64,000 nt of DNA from Eledone cirrhosa (lineage: Eukaryota): the NCBI GenBank assembly GCA_964016885.1, contig OZ024740.1, positions 313,596,001 to 313,660,000 of the forward strand. Reading direction: 5' to 3'. Position numbers and translations under genes: made by a program. Below the pieces are notes generated by a model, which had not been told where the DNA came from, searched no databases, and was given only the letters and a program-made list of their open reading frames with translations. Numbering within the stretch: the first letter of the stretch is position 1; each line of letters opens with the position of its first letter. Shown here piece by piece: positions 29,661 through 41,166 of this stretch.

Positions 29661-29929
29661 TGTCATAGAAGTTCTTCATCTTGAAACAGTCAATAAAATC
29701 CTTTCGGGAGAGCTGAACAGCAGAAGGTTCGTCTCTGAAAACCTTCTGCTGCCAAGCTCTCCTGAGAGCTTCTTACCAAAACTGTCATAGAAGTGCTCCA
29801 TTTTGAAACAGCCAATAAAATCCTGTCAGGAGAGCTGGACAGAAGAAGGTTCTTCTCCGAAGATTTTCTGCTGAAAGTTTCTTACCACCATTGTTTTAGA
29901 AGTTCTCCATTTTGAAACAGCCAATAAAA
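29661..29929 (+). repeat. Tandem ~110-122 bp hairpin-containing units (2.3 copies)
   Basis: Unit starts at 29661, 29783 and 29892; hairpin ggagagct..cagcagaaggtt/aaccttctgctg..agctctcc at 29707-29762. Confidence 0.75.
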
Positions 29930-30516
29930 GCATTTCATATTCCAAAGCACCCGATAACTTAATACAATGAGACAGATGTGAACGATATGTACAAAACTGA
30001 GTGAGGTTCTGACTAATTGTGTAAATGTACAAATATTTATTTGACCGACAAAATACTATATGTTTGTATAATTAATTACTTCCTATGTTACAATATATCT
30101 GAAATTTATAATTTACAACATTTTGTGTAGAAATATTTCTAAATCAACATGTCCGTTTCATTGAAAGTCATTCAGACTCTGCAAGTTGTTTGTTTTAACA
30201 TTTGGCTTGTTTCCTTTTCAATTCAACAAAAATGCTTGGCTATGATCTTCTGGTATTATATATACAAGAGAATAACAGGGTTGTAGAATGGTAATTATCT
30301 GTAAAACTTTACAATGTTATTGTTGTGCCTATTGAATAAAAAAGTAAATTCCCTAAGTAAACATGAAGACAGAGTTAGATTACTCCGCATCTTTATCGTG
30401 CATTACCTGATATCAGAACACCCAAGACGACAGCAACAGGCAACAAGTAGCTTTCTACATTACACACTACTACATATGTTTGTCAAATAATAGTTTCAAC
30501 TTGAAATATTGACGCT

Positions 30517-30765
30517 GTTCTAATACTATCAATACCAAGGCTACTAGTCAAGCAATTTCACCCCTTGATAATACTAACTCTATCACGGCTACTAGTGGAA
30601 CAATTTCACTATTTGATAATACTAACAGTACCAAGGCTACTAATGAAACAATTTTACCATTTGATAATACTAACACTATCGCTACTATTAGTCAAACGAT
30701 GTCACTATTTGATAATACTAACAGTACCACTGCTACTAGTGGAACAATTTCGCCATTTGATAATA
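30517..30765 (+). repeat. 48 bp minisatellite (~5 copies)
   Basis: ttgataatactaac recurs at 30565, 30613, 30661, 30709 (partial at 30757). Confidence 0.9.
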
Positions 30766-31326
30766 TACCTTTGATAAAGTGTAGTTCAGTTTACGCCGTA
30801 TCGAAAGACTTCCCTGGTGTTAACATTTAAGGATGAGATAAAACACGGGAATGTGTATTGTTTCTATTGTTCGTGTTGTAAATATTACATAATATGTATG
30901 CATGTATGTATTTATGTACCTCTCTTTCCCTATATATATATAGGGTGTCCCAAAAAATGTATTCACGCTACAACAGTATTCTAACAAATATTGCCTGTAC
31001 GGGTAATCAACATGTGTATACATTTTGGGGGAGAAACACTAAAAAATGAGGCTCACGAAGGCTTCGTGAGCCTCATTTTTTCAAGTAAAAAGAAATTCAA
31101 ACACTCATATATGAAAAAACAACCCGTGACAACCCCCCCCCCCCCCTCTCTTATTTGAAGAACTATTGTAACGCGAACTGGCGCGAAATTTATTATAATT
31201 ATTGACCAACCAATCAAATTACTTCTCGAAAAACCTGGTTTTCGAGCCACTTTTTCCATATAAAACAAGTAACATTTAGAGACCAACCAGATGTGAGAAA
31301 AACCACAGACCCTCCATCTCAACTCA

Positions 31327-31364
31327 CCTTTTGAAAAGTAGAAGAACTGCGAAACCGGTAAAGG
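31327..31364 (+). ncRNA. Minimal hammerhead, U3-A8 core variant (in element 31065-31503)
   Basis: cctt-TTGAAAA-gtag aagaa ctgc-GAAAC-CG-GTA^-aagg. Confidence 0.7.
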
Positions 31365-31495
31365 AACCAAATAAATATATATATTTAAAAAAAAAATAAG
31401 ACTTCAGTTGCATTTTCGATTTCATCTCTTTTTCTTTATACTTTCACTCGTGTAGGACACCTCGGTTATTTTTCATTTTGTAAAAAAAACCTCAC

Positions 31496-31551
<56 letters not shown>

Positions 31552-31636
31552 GTATATATATTTATATATATATACACACATATATATATATATATATGTA
31601 TATATATATGTATATATGTATATATATGTATATATG

Positions 31637-31725
<89 letters not shown>

Positions 31726-31775
31726 GTATATATATATATATATAAATATATATATGTATATATATTTATATATAT

Positions 31776-31822
<47 letters not shown>

Positions 31823-31949
31823 ATATACATATAATTTATAAATATATATTAAATAGAATACAAATAGATATACGTGTGTATAAGAGTGTGTAAATACATA
31901 GAGTTTTGGAATTCTTGTTGTATAGTAAAATTTTAATTTTGCAATAGTA

Positions 31950-32720
31950 TTAAAACACATCCTTTTCAACGTCAACGTATTGGGCGGAGTGCACGCCACA
32001 AGAGTTGCAGCTGTTTAGGATTTAATGCGACTTTTTCTCCCTCAAATATGTTAACTTCTTCATTTATAAAATCAACAAATGCATTGGAAGTGGGTTGTAT
32101 CGCTAGGTCTGTGAAGTTCTCAGAGTCAGAGAAGGAGACAAGAAATTGTTTTATATATAATTTCTCATTCATTGGATGCAACTTCAACACCAATTGGAAA
32201 CACAGTCTCCCAATTTGACTCCAGTTGTTCACATGTTTTACTAACACGAAACAGAAATCAGATTTGGTAAGGTCCTCTTAATTTTGTAGACACATATTTA
32301 TGGTAAGATTAACTTTTTCACCACTCACATTCAAAATGGGTCATAACTACACGTACAATAACAGCTTTGTCAGCTTTCTTTAAAACAGGAAATGTTTGTC
32401 AAAATTTGTCTGGAATCACGCTTATCTTCCGACCAATAGGTAAATCATTTGGCAAAATATCACGAAATGTCCGTCCAACAGCTTCTCATATATACCAATA
32501 TAATTGTAGTACTTCAGCCTAACAAGAGAGACCACGCTCCTGAAATATTTTGCAAATTTGCTGTTGACATCAATGTTGCAAATACAATTCCTGTTAATAT
32601 ATATTACCGGTCGCTGTCTTCATTTTGCAAAGCCCTTTAAACTGTATGTTATTACTCTGAGGTCCTATACCTTGTCGAGTGCTTGGCTGCACTGCTGAAA
32701 ACATTCGTTGGCTTATCTGA
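31950..32720 (-). pseudogene. Helitron-type Pif1-like helicase fragment, decayed
   Basis: Broken frames: CNIDVNSKFAKYFR, EAVGRTFRDILPNDLPIGRK..V...F*QTFPV (cf. EAVDRTLRD...PFGGK...GDFRQ.LPV), and AIQPTSNAFVDFINE. Confidence 0.7.
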
Positions 32721-32754
32721 GGCTCTGGCTTCGAATATGCTGTACTTCCATTTG

Positions 32755-32793
<39 letters not shown>

Positions 32794-32970
32794 GAAAAGA
32801 GTCAGGACCCCGACAGCTGAGCTCCGGCCGTTTCGACAGCTTTATCCAGTTCGGATCTAGCTGTCGAAACGGCCGGAGCTGAGCCCTCAGGTTCTGACTC
32901 TTTTCTTATTACCCACTCTACTACCCTAAGTATCGAGTACTCTGGTGCGTTATGGTCCACCTGGTTTCTT
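32794..32970 (+). mobile_element. Family F mini-element, second subfamily, fold-back head
   Basis: gaaaagagtcagga...tttcgacagct / agctgtcgaaa...tctgactcttttc followed by the shared tail. Confidence 0.75.
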
Positions 32971-33123
32971 ATATATATATATATATCATATATAAATGAC
33001 TCCTAAAGTCTAGACCTTTTTAATTAGGTATGTACAGTATATATATGCATGCATATATATACTGTACATATGTATATATATATACATACATGCATATACA
33101 TATATATACATGCATATATATGC

Positions 33124-33224
<101 letters not shown>

Positions 33225-33264
33225 CATATTTGAAATGCAGACATAATTTATATGTGTGTATATG

Positions 33265-33342
<78 letters not shown>

Positions 33343-34355
33343 CAAAGTGTTAAAACAATCAAATCTTAGCTTAATACATTTATTTGCTGAGGGATGTCTG
33401 TAATCATCGGAGCATAGGGAATGTCTAAACAGGTAATTAAAATCCTAGTCTTCAGAACATTCAGGTAGATAAGTGTTGTTAGTGTCCTAGACATCATGTA
33501 AAGAATTGGGAGTTAAAAGAATGTTATGCTTCAGAGAACACAATTACAAGGAGCACTGGTGGAAAGTGCAAGAGGTACAAGCAAAACAAGTTACAAGCAA
33601 GAAAAAATGTATGATAGGATAGACATAAGATATCATAGCATTGGAGATCAGGTAATGTTAAGGGTGTATAATGTAAGAGTCAATACAATCAATAAGGCAT
33701 GTATGAGGAAAGAGTTATATTACAGCTGAAATAAGCATATTTCGTGTAGAATGTAAAAGCATGTTATAAGTGTTAGAAATGTTTAAAATGGCGTGCTATA
33801 TGGTAGGAATACCTGTGGTGATAAAATAGGTATATGTTATGTGAGATGTAATGCAAAGCACATGATTAAATTGGGTAGGTGATTTTCACTCAAGTGTTTT
33901 TATATTGGAGTTCGTATATAGATGTATATGTTGGTTGTAACTCAGATGTATTAACCATGAAATTCTCTTAGTTTGAGATGTAATTTTTTTGAGTTGTGTA
34001 TAGTTTATAGGTATGTGTTTGGTAAAAGTAAATTCCACCGAATTACAGGCCTTGTTGTTATAGTAAGTATATTATTCTATACATTCCTATCTTCAAATCT
34101 TTCTATTAAGGAATATTAGGGTTTGCATTAATCGTTATTAAGTTGCTGGTAAGCCGTTAAGTTGCTTAACTTTACGAATTTACACATATAACCAAATAAA
34201 AAGATATATGTTTATATATGTATATAACCAAATGAAAAGATATATGTTATATATAGAGAGAAAGGGCCATATATCGTAAAAGAAACACGGTATATTGTAT
34301 ATATACCAAATGCATATTCAATAGAAAACTATGTTCACAGGTGGAATTGTAAGTG

Positions 34356-34512
34356 AAATCTTATAGCGCTATTTCATACATGGAAAGTGTGGCTAAAAAT
34401 CAATCAATGTAATTGATCATCGAAAAAAAAATCAATGAACATAATCGATTATGGAAGACAAACGATCGATTATGATTAAACCACACGAAACTCATGTACT
34501 CATCAGAGGTTT
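34356..34512 (-). ncRNA. Type I hammerhead with ~125 nt stem II region
   Basis: Minus: aaacct-CTGATGA-gtacatg..gtgtgg...ccacac..catgtat-GAAA-TAGCGCTA-TA^-agattt. Confidence 0.65.
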
Positions 34513-35079
34513 ACTCTCACCATTCTAAGAGCAATATAGAATGAAGATGGTAAATAAATCAATATACCTGTCGTGCTGAGAAGCACATGGTGTAGTGACG
34601 TTAAACCCATAGCGAATAGATATCCACAAGGTGGACGATAACTCTGCTAGAAATAGGAACGGTGATTATAGCCACCGAGCTCAACAAGTTAAGAGGTTTG
34701 GAGCCATTAAATACAAATGTTTTGATTCATCATATGTATATACGAAAAACAGAAAACAACACAGCAAAGTGATACAGTACAATAAATATTAGTTTAACGC
34801 TTGATAACGTAAGAAAAGAGTCTTAAAATTTTGGAGAAGATAGGGTGAGAAGTATAAGAAGAAATAGAAAGATATAGGAGAGCGAGAAGAGAAAGAAACG
34901 GGAAAAAAAAACATTTTATGGGGAATAAAAAGCATGTGTTGATTCACATGGTTTTTTTCTTTTGTCGTATGTTTAAAAGTAACATATATATTGGAATTTA
35001 GCTTGACAGAAGCTGAATACAGAAGGGAAATAGTAAGCACAAATAACATACGAAAAAATATTAATATAAAAAGCTGATC

Positions 35080-35352
35080 TATGGCTATGTGGTTAGAATG
35101 TCTCAGGAAAGAATCGCTGGACAGATTTTACGGGCAAAACAAACTGGCAGGAGATACAGGGGTAGACCTCGAGCAAGATGGTTGGATAACATCCATGGGC
35201 TTGGCTGGTCGAGCTAGGGGATCCAGTTGGGTTTGGTTGTTTCTGACCGGACCCGTTGGAAGGAGTGTTTGAGGACTCTGCCCGCACAACCCTCTCAAGA
35301 AGAAGAAGAAGAAGAAGAAGAAGAAGAAGAAGAAGAAGAAGAAGAAGAAGAA
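35080..35352 (+). mobile_element. RTE-like LINE 3' end with (GAA)n tail
   Basis: GRPRARWLDNI...SDRTRWKE-like translation followed by (gaa)n. Confidence 0.6.
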
Positions 35353-36268
35353 CTTATAGAAAGGACCATTGGTATTGGCTTCTATACTTCTGCCTATAGA
35401 AAATATGAGTAAAATGTCTCCTATATAAAATTATGTGGGCAGATTTTGTTAAAAAATATTAAAAGTTTTGGGTCTTAAAATCAGATATGGTCTCGATCGA
35501 AAAGATTTCAAATCGGTTGAATCAAATCGTTGATAATTTTATCGACCAAACTTCAATCTAACATATGGGACTCTAGAGAGTATTCATATATGATCGATAT
35601 TTCACACAGAGAACGATATCAGGAATGTTGCTAGTTGTTATGGCAATTAATTTAATAATTCAAAGTTTTTCAATAAAATACAATTAGAATTTCCTTTAAT
35701 TTCTGGAATAAGTACAATCGTTGTTTGAAACGTTTTACGAAAATAAATTGTATTTTCACTCCTGAATTTTCACTGATAGAGAATTTGAACTAACTCACCT
35801 GCTGTAGTTATATGTTGCATTCTGCACCCTGGAGACAGAAATAACTGCTTTATCTTTTGACACGTTTAGATAGGTAGAAAATGTCTGTTTTGAAAGCATC
35901 AGTCATCAAGCCTTAGCATTTTTTTTAAATATTGAAATTTGTTTCTAATTATGTATTTTCTTCTATTTTGTTTTATCAGTCTGTTTCGTCAGCAACACGT
36001 CAATCGGAACATACTTATTTGAAGACTTAATGAGATCATGGAAAAACAGCAACTTAGAACAGACTATCTCTATCTCTATAATAGGAAACAAATAAAAAAC
36101 AATGGATAATGTATACAGGGCTTCAATTATATACAGATCCTGGTTCCCAGGCTATTCTATATTGACTCAATACCTCACCCAATTTAACACACCACTCGGA
36201 GCTCACATGCGTAGTCAACCCTATTGCAATAATTCTATCAAATCTGCTGTTTGAGAATATTATCTTTC

Positions 36269-36450
36269 GGTGGATTGGCAGTATCGGTAGAGGGTCGGAC
36301 GCCATGCTTTCCAGCATAGTTACGTCCCTTTACGATCTGAGTTCAAATCCCGCCGAGGTTGACTTTGCCTTTCATTCTTACAGGGTCGATAAAATAAAAG
36401 TACCAGTAATGCACTGGGTAATTGCTGGCCTTGTGCCTAAAGTAGAAACA
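36269..36450 (+). mobile_element. Short-family SINE
   Basis: A/B boxes; TSD attatctttc. Confidence 0.9.
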
Positions 36451-36734
36451 ATTATCTTTCCCATACCACCAGTCACGGAGGTTTTGAAAACTATCATGGT
36501 AGCTGCCTTTTGTTCGTTTTTTCGTCTTGTTGGGTATGTTTTGACATTATAGAGTGGCAAAATCGTAGTCTACCCTATTGCAACAATTCTATCAAATCTC
36601 AAGTTTAAGAATACCGCCTTCCTCAGGCCACCAGTCTCAGAGGCTTTTGAAACGATCAAGGCTACTGTCTTTCCTCCAGAACAAAGGGAAGGTGTTTTGT
36701 TCGTTGTTTTCGTTTTGTTGGTTATTATTTGACA

Positions 36735-36920
36735 AGGGCGGTGGATTGGCAGTATCGGTAGAGAGTCGGACGCCATGCTTTCCAGCATAGTTACGTCCCT
36801 TTACGATCTGAGTTCAAATCCCGCCGCGGTTGACTTTGCCTTTCATCCTTACGGGGTCGATAAAATAAAGTACCAGTAATGCACTGGGTAATTGCTGGCC
36901 TTGTGCCTAAAGTAGAAACA
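36735..36920 (+). mobile_element. Short-family SINE
   Basis: A/B boxes; TSD attatttgaca. Confidence 0.9.
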
Positions 36921-37208
36921 ATTATTTGACATTATGTAGTGACAGTAACGCCGGAACACCGAAGAAAATTCCTTACCTAATTAAATTTTACAGCTTAATA
37001 TTCTGAATTAAATTCCTAGCAGTTTGAAATGTGCCTTACATTTATTTCTACCGTGTATCAAGCCGATGTAATGTATAATTTTATCAAATACCCCCCCCCC
37101 CCCCCTCCTCACTCCTTGAAAATTTAAGGTTTATGCTAATAAAAGAAATATATGCTAATCGTTCTTGGTAAAACTTTCTGTGTCTATTTTCCTTGCTTTC
37201 ACTCCCCG

Positions 37209-37267
<59 letters not shown>

Positions 37268-37644
37268 CTCCCCCAAGCGATGCTACATACATTACTTAAT
37301 GCTGACAATATTTCACCGTTCTTCGGTTTTGTTAGATGTTTTTAACTCCTTTTTTCTTAATTGTCAACTTCTATTCTCATATACATGCATACATGATTTT
37401 ATAAATATAGGGCTGAGTCAAAGATATGAGATAGAGAAAGAGAGGGGGAGGGTGAGAAGAGAAAGAAAGATAGCATGAAATAGAGAGTGCGCAAAATATG
37501 GAAGTATAGAGAAGAAACTGAGAGAGAAGGGAGAAAAAGAAAGATCTGAGAGATTAATGAAGAGTTTAAAAAGATTTTAGATGTCATGCCCAGATATATT
37601 GATAACCGGTTGAAAATATCCTATAATGATATTTTACACGAGGA

Positions 37645-38310
37645 TAACACACACACACAACTATCCACAGAGAAACACACACACATACACACATGCACAC
37701 ACATGCACACACACAACTATCCACAGAGAAACACACACACAACCACACACATACACAAACACACACACAACTATGCACAGAGAAACACACACACAACTAC
37801 ACACATACACAAACACACACACAACTATGCACAGAGAAACACACACACAACCACACACATACACAAACACACACATATACACATGCACACACACACACAC
37901 AACTATCCACAGAGAAACACACACACAACCACACATATACACAAACACACACACATATACACATGAACACACACACACACACACACATACCCACAGAGAA
38001 CACACACACAACTATCCACAGAGAAACACACACACAACCACACGCATACACAAACACACACATATACACATGAACACACACATACCCGCAGAGAACACAC
38101 ACACATATACACATAAACGCACACACACACACACAACCACACGCATACGCACATAATCACACACATACACACAGAATCACACTCATACACACATGCAAAT
38201 ATCTACACAGAAACACAAACACAACCACACACATAAACACAGAAACGCACACACAAACACACGCACATCTACATATACTACACACAAACCCACCTCCACA
38301 CATGAACATA
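37645..38310. repeat. CA-derived minisatellite (caactatccacagagaaacacac units)
   Basis: Direct reading of the sequence. Confidence 0.85.
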
Positions 38311-38787
38311 CCAGCAAATATAATATATCTTCCCTGAAGCTGTAGTTAGTGTTGACAAGGAGTATGTTGCAAAATATGGAAAAAAGAAAAAAAGTTATGT
38401 AACATAAGAGATATGTTCAGTTCATTTTAAATTATTAATGAGGTTCTGGTAGAGGCAAGCTGTTTTAGGATTGCACAACATCAAAAGATTCCTGAATGAG
38501 AAGTTTGTAAAAAGAATATTGAAAAAAAAATATAAGATAGAAGATGGATGTAAATTTGTGGGCGGGAAAAAAATATATTTTATATATAGGGAGCCATCTT
38601 TTCCGCAGTAATATTTAACATTTATTTAGAACTGATTTTATTTTCTATTCCTATCCTTCATGTGGGCAAAATATATGAAAACGAGAAGGAAATTACACAG
38701 ACCGAGAATTCTAATGGCGATCTTTTAAATAGGCATAAATAATTTATAAAAAAAAAAATATGTACGAACTCTCAATTTCCTTTCCTA

Positions 38788-38818
<31 letters not shown>

Positions 38819-39031
38819 GAATGCCATGGTTGACGGAGGCTCGGCTCTGTAAGGTATAGTAATTTTTAACCCTTAAAACAATTGTAAATTGTTTAAAACT
38901 TGAACCAAATTGTTGATAAAGACACCCTCCTCCTCGTGAGAGGGGTCTTTCTGTCCGTTATTTGGCCCTTCGGGGTTAAATAATCAGTTATTGGGGTTTT
39001 GTACCCAAAATTTCATTTTAAGCAAAAAAAC

Positions 39032-41131
39032 ATGGCTACCAAAAAAAAAAAATTTCATACGTCACTCCCACTCATTCCCTCTTCTTCTTCCTCAATCATC
39101 ACTACAGGAGAGAGAAGATTGTCTCTCTCCCTCCCTTCTTTAAATGTGTCTCTCTCCCTACCTTCTCTTTCGCAAGCGACGAAAGAAAAGAAAAGTCTCG
39201 TGCAAAGCGTGCAAGGTTTCTCCACGACGACGACGACAGCGACGAAACAGGTGTGCGGGAAATACGAAAACCCAGTTCATTCGTCTGACGTCAGGAATAA
39301 TAGCAGTAGCAGCCGTAATAACAACAGCAACAGTGACAATGAAAACAACAGTAGCAGCCGCAACAGCATCACCAGCAGCATAAACAACAACAGCATTAGC
39401 AGCAGCAACACCAACAACAACCACAGCAACAGCGGCGGAGGCAGTAGTCGTAGTACCTGCAGCAACAACAAAAGTACCAGCAGCTCTGACGACAACAACA
39501 ACAGCAGAGAAAAACCAATCTCATTTGCAGGTATTGCGAAAAACCTGGAAACAATCCTCATAACAAATGAGGAATTAGAGGAAGCGAAGAAGATGGTGAC
39601 AAAGAACGGACACCGAGCAATCTGCAAGGCAGCGAAAAATTTTTTCGAAACCCAAGAGCACTGTACGGTCACGTACCGTACAGTAAGTACAAAATCCCGT
39701 AGGGTGGAAAGAGCCACAGAGGCCCAAATACAAAAAGCCTTGGGGTCTGTGTGGCAGAGGAAAACGCACATCACCCGAGGCAAAAAATACGCCACCGTAG
39801 ACGTACTTTTTGCCACACCCCAGGAGGCAAAGGCCCAATCAGTAGTGACCCTAAGGAGCGAGGAAATGGTGTTGGTGCCCTCCTACTGCGGGCAAAAAAT
39901 TGTGAGGGTCAAACTGACCCACGTCCCCCCCGGAATGACCCCTTCTTGGCTGGCCGCGTCTGTCCTCGTCGGAATCGAGGACAAAACAACTGTACTGCAA
40001 GTACAGAAAAAAGTAAGAGAAGATTGGGTCGGCTCCTCCATTGAGATGCTAATCCAAACCAACCAGGAGTGCATCGAAGCTATCCCGGATGTGATAGACT
40101 TCGATAACGGCACTCAACTGCCCATAAGTGTTGAGGGCAAACGCCCGAAATGCTTTCGCTGTGGATCGAAGACTCACCTCAGGGCCTTCTGCAACGAGAA
40201 GACCCCGAGAAAGGAGAAAACCCCCCTCCTCCCGAATCCGGTTCCACGGCTACCAGCAACAGGACAAGCGGCAACCAGGAACGATAGGTCCGTGGCACCC
40301 ATACCCACTCCACGGAAATCAAAGACAGCAGCAGCAGTGGAAATATTAACAACAACAACAGCAATACCAAATGCAGCTGCAACAGAGACTCCAGTGCAAA
40401 CATCACCAACAACAACAAGTGAAAGAGTGGAGCTGGTACCCCTCCCCGACCTTACAGAATCAGACATGGAGTGTGAGGTGGGAGAGGGATGGCAAAAGGT
40501 CTCAAGAAGGCACAAACGCAGAAGCAGCGCATCGTCGCCTTTGAAAAGGGAGGAAAGAAATGAGAAAAGGGTAAAGTCTACTGCAAAGAGACCCACAGCA
40601 GCAACACCACCAACACCATCACCACCCACACCAGCACCACCATCACCACCGGCGACAACCCCACCGCCAACAACACCTTCAACACCACCACCACAAGCAC
40701 CAACATCGCAAACACAACAACAAAACACACACACCCAGCAACAACGACAAGAAAATAGCAGAACCACACCCCACCCCCAGAAAAACAAATGCACGGCAAT
40801 AAACACACACAACAAGAAACTAATGACTTACATAATTGAACACACAGACATTTCACAACAGGACTACATAATACCAGCACCAATCAAAACGCCAACTAAC
40901 ATAAGACTGCTAAAAATAGCACAGAAACAATACACAAACATTAAAACGAAATTTCCCAACGCAGTTGGTGATTTCAGGGACCTAGGAGGAACCATTAATC
41001 GAAGAGTATATTCAGACATTCTCTTAGAAGAGCCGACGACCAGCCGAAGGGACGATTCAACGGTCCCTTCACCAGACGATCAAGTGAAAAGGGATGTAAA
41101 AACCATCCCTCCTCTACCAAAAATACGGTAA
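39032..41131 (+). CDS. LINE ORF1 gag-like nucleic-acid-binding protein
   Basis: First ATG at 39032; CCHC knuckle CFRCGSKTHLRAFC; N/S-rich and P/T-rich low-complexity arms; GWQKVSRRHKRR basic motif. Confidence 0.88.
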   Translation: MATKKKKFHTSLPLIPSSSSSIITTGERRLSLSLPSLNVSLSLPSLSQATKEKKSLVQSVQGFSTTTTTATKQVCGKYENPVHSSDVRNNSSSSRNNNSNSDNENNSSSRNSITSSINNNSISSSNTNNNHSNSGGGSSRSTCSNNKSTSSSDDNNNSREKPISFAGIAKNLETILITNEELEEAKKMVTKNGHRAICKAAKNFFETQEHCTVTYRTVSTKSRRVERATEAQIQKALGSVWQRKTHITRGKKYATVDVLFATPQEAKAQSVVTLRSEEMVLVPSYCGQKIVRVKLTHVPPGMTPSWLAASVLVGIEDKTTVLQVQKKVREDWVGSSIEMLIQTNQECIEAIPDVIDFDNGTQLPISVEGKRPKCFRCGSKTHLRAFCNEKTPRKEKTPLLPNPVPRLPATGQAATRNDRSVAPIPTPRKSKTAAAVEILTTTTAIPNAAATETPVQTSPTTTSERVELVPLPDLTESDMECEVGEGWQKVSRRHKRRSSASSPLKREERNEKRVKSTAKRPTAATPPTPSPPTPAPPSPPATTPPPTTPSTPPPQAPTSQTQQQNTHTQQQRQENSRTTPHPQKNKCTAINTHNKKLMTYIIEHTDISQQDYIIPAPIKTPTNIRLLKIAQKQYTNIKTKFPNAVGDFRDLGGTINRRVYSDILLEEPTTSRRDDSTVPSPDDQVKRDVKTIPPLPKIR

Positions 41132-41166
41132 GTGGTCTTTCCCATCTTTTCCACTCTATTTTAAAC

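Noticed and set aside
30517-30765. Regular repeat that could be mistaken for a CRISPR array
   Set aside because: Contiguous 48 bp units with no unique spacers, eukaryotic context and no cas genes.
30941-31041. Possible Tc1/mariner MITE (gggtgtcccaaaaaatgtat TIR)
   Set aside because: The right TIR is degraded and the TSD is unclear.
35490-35612. Structured region with minus-strand GAAATC..GATC
   Set aside because: No CTGANGA-like core in register.
38918-38983. tcctcgt motif in the LINE 5' UTR suggesting an HDV ribozyme
   Set aside because: It folds as simple hairpins; no nested pseudoknot could be built.
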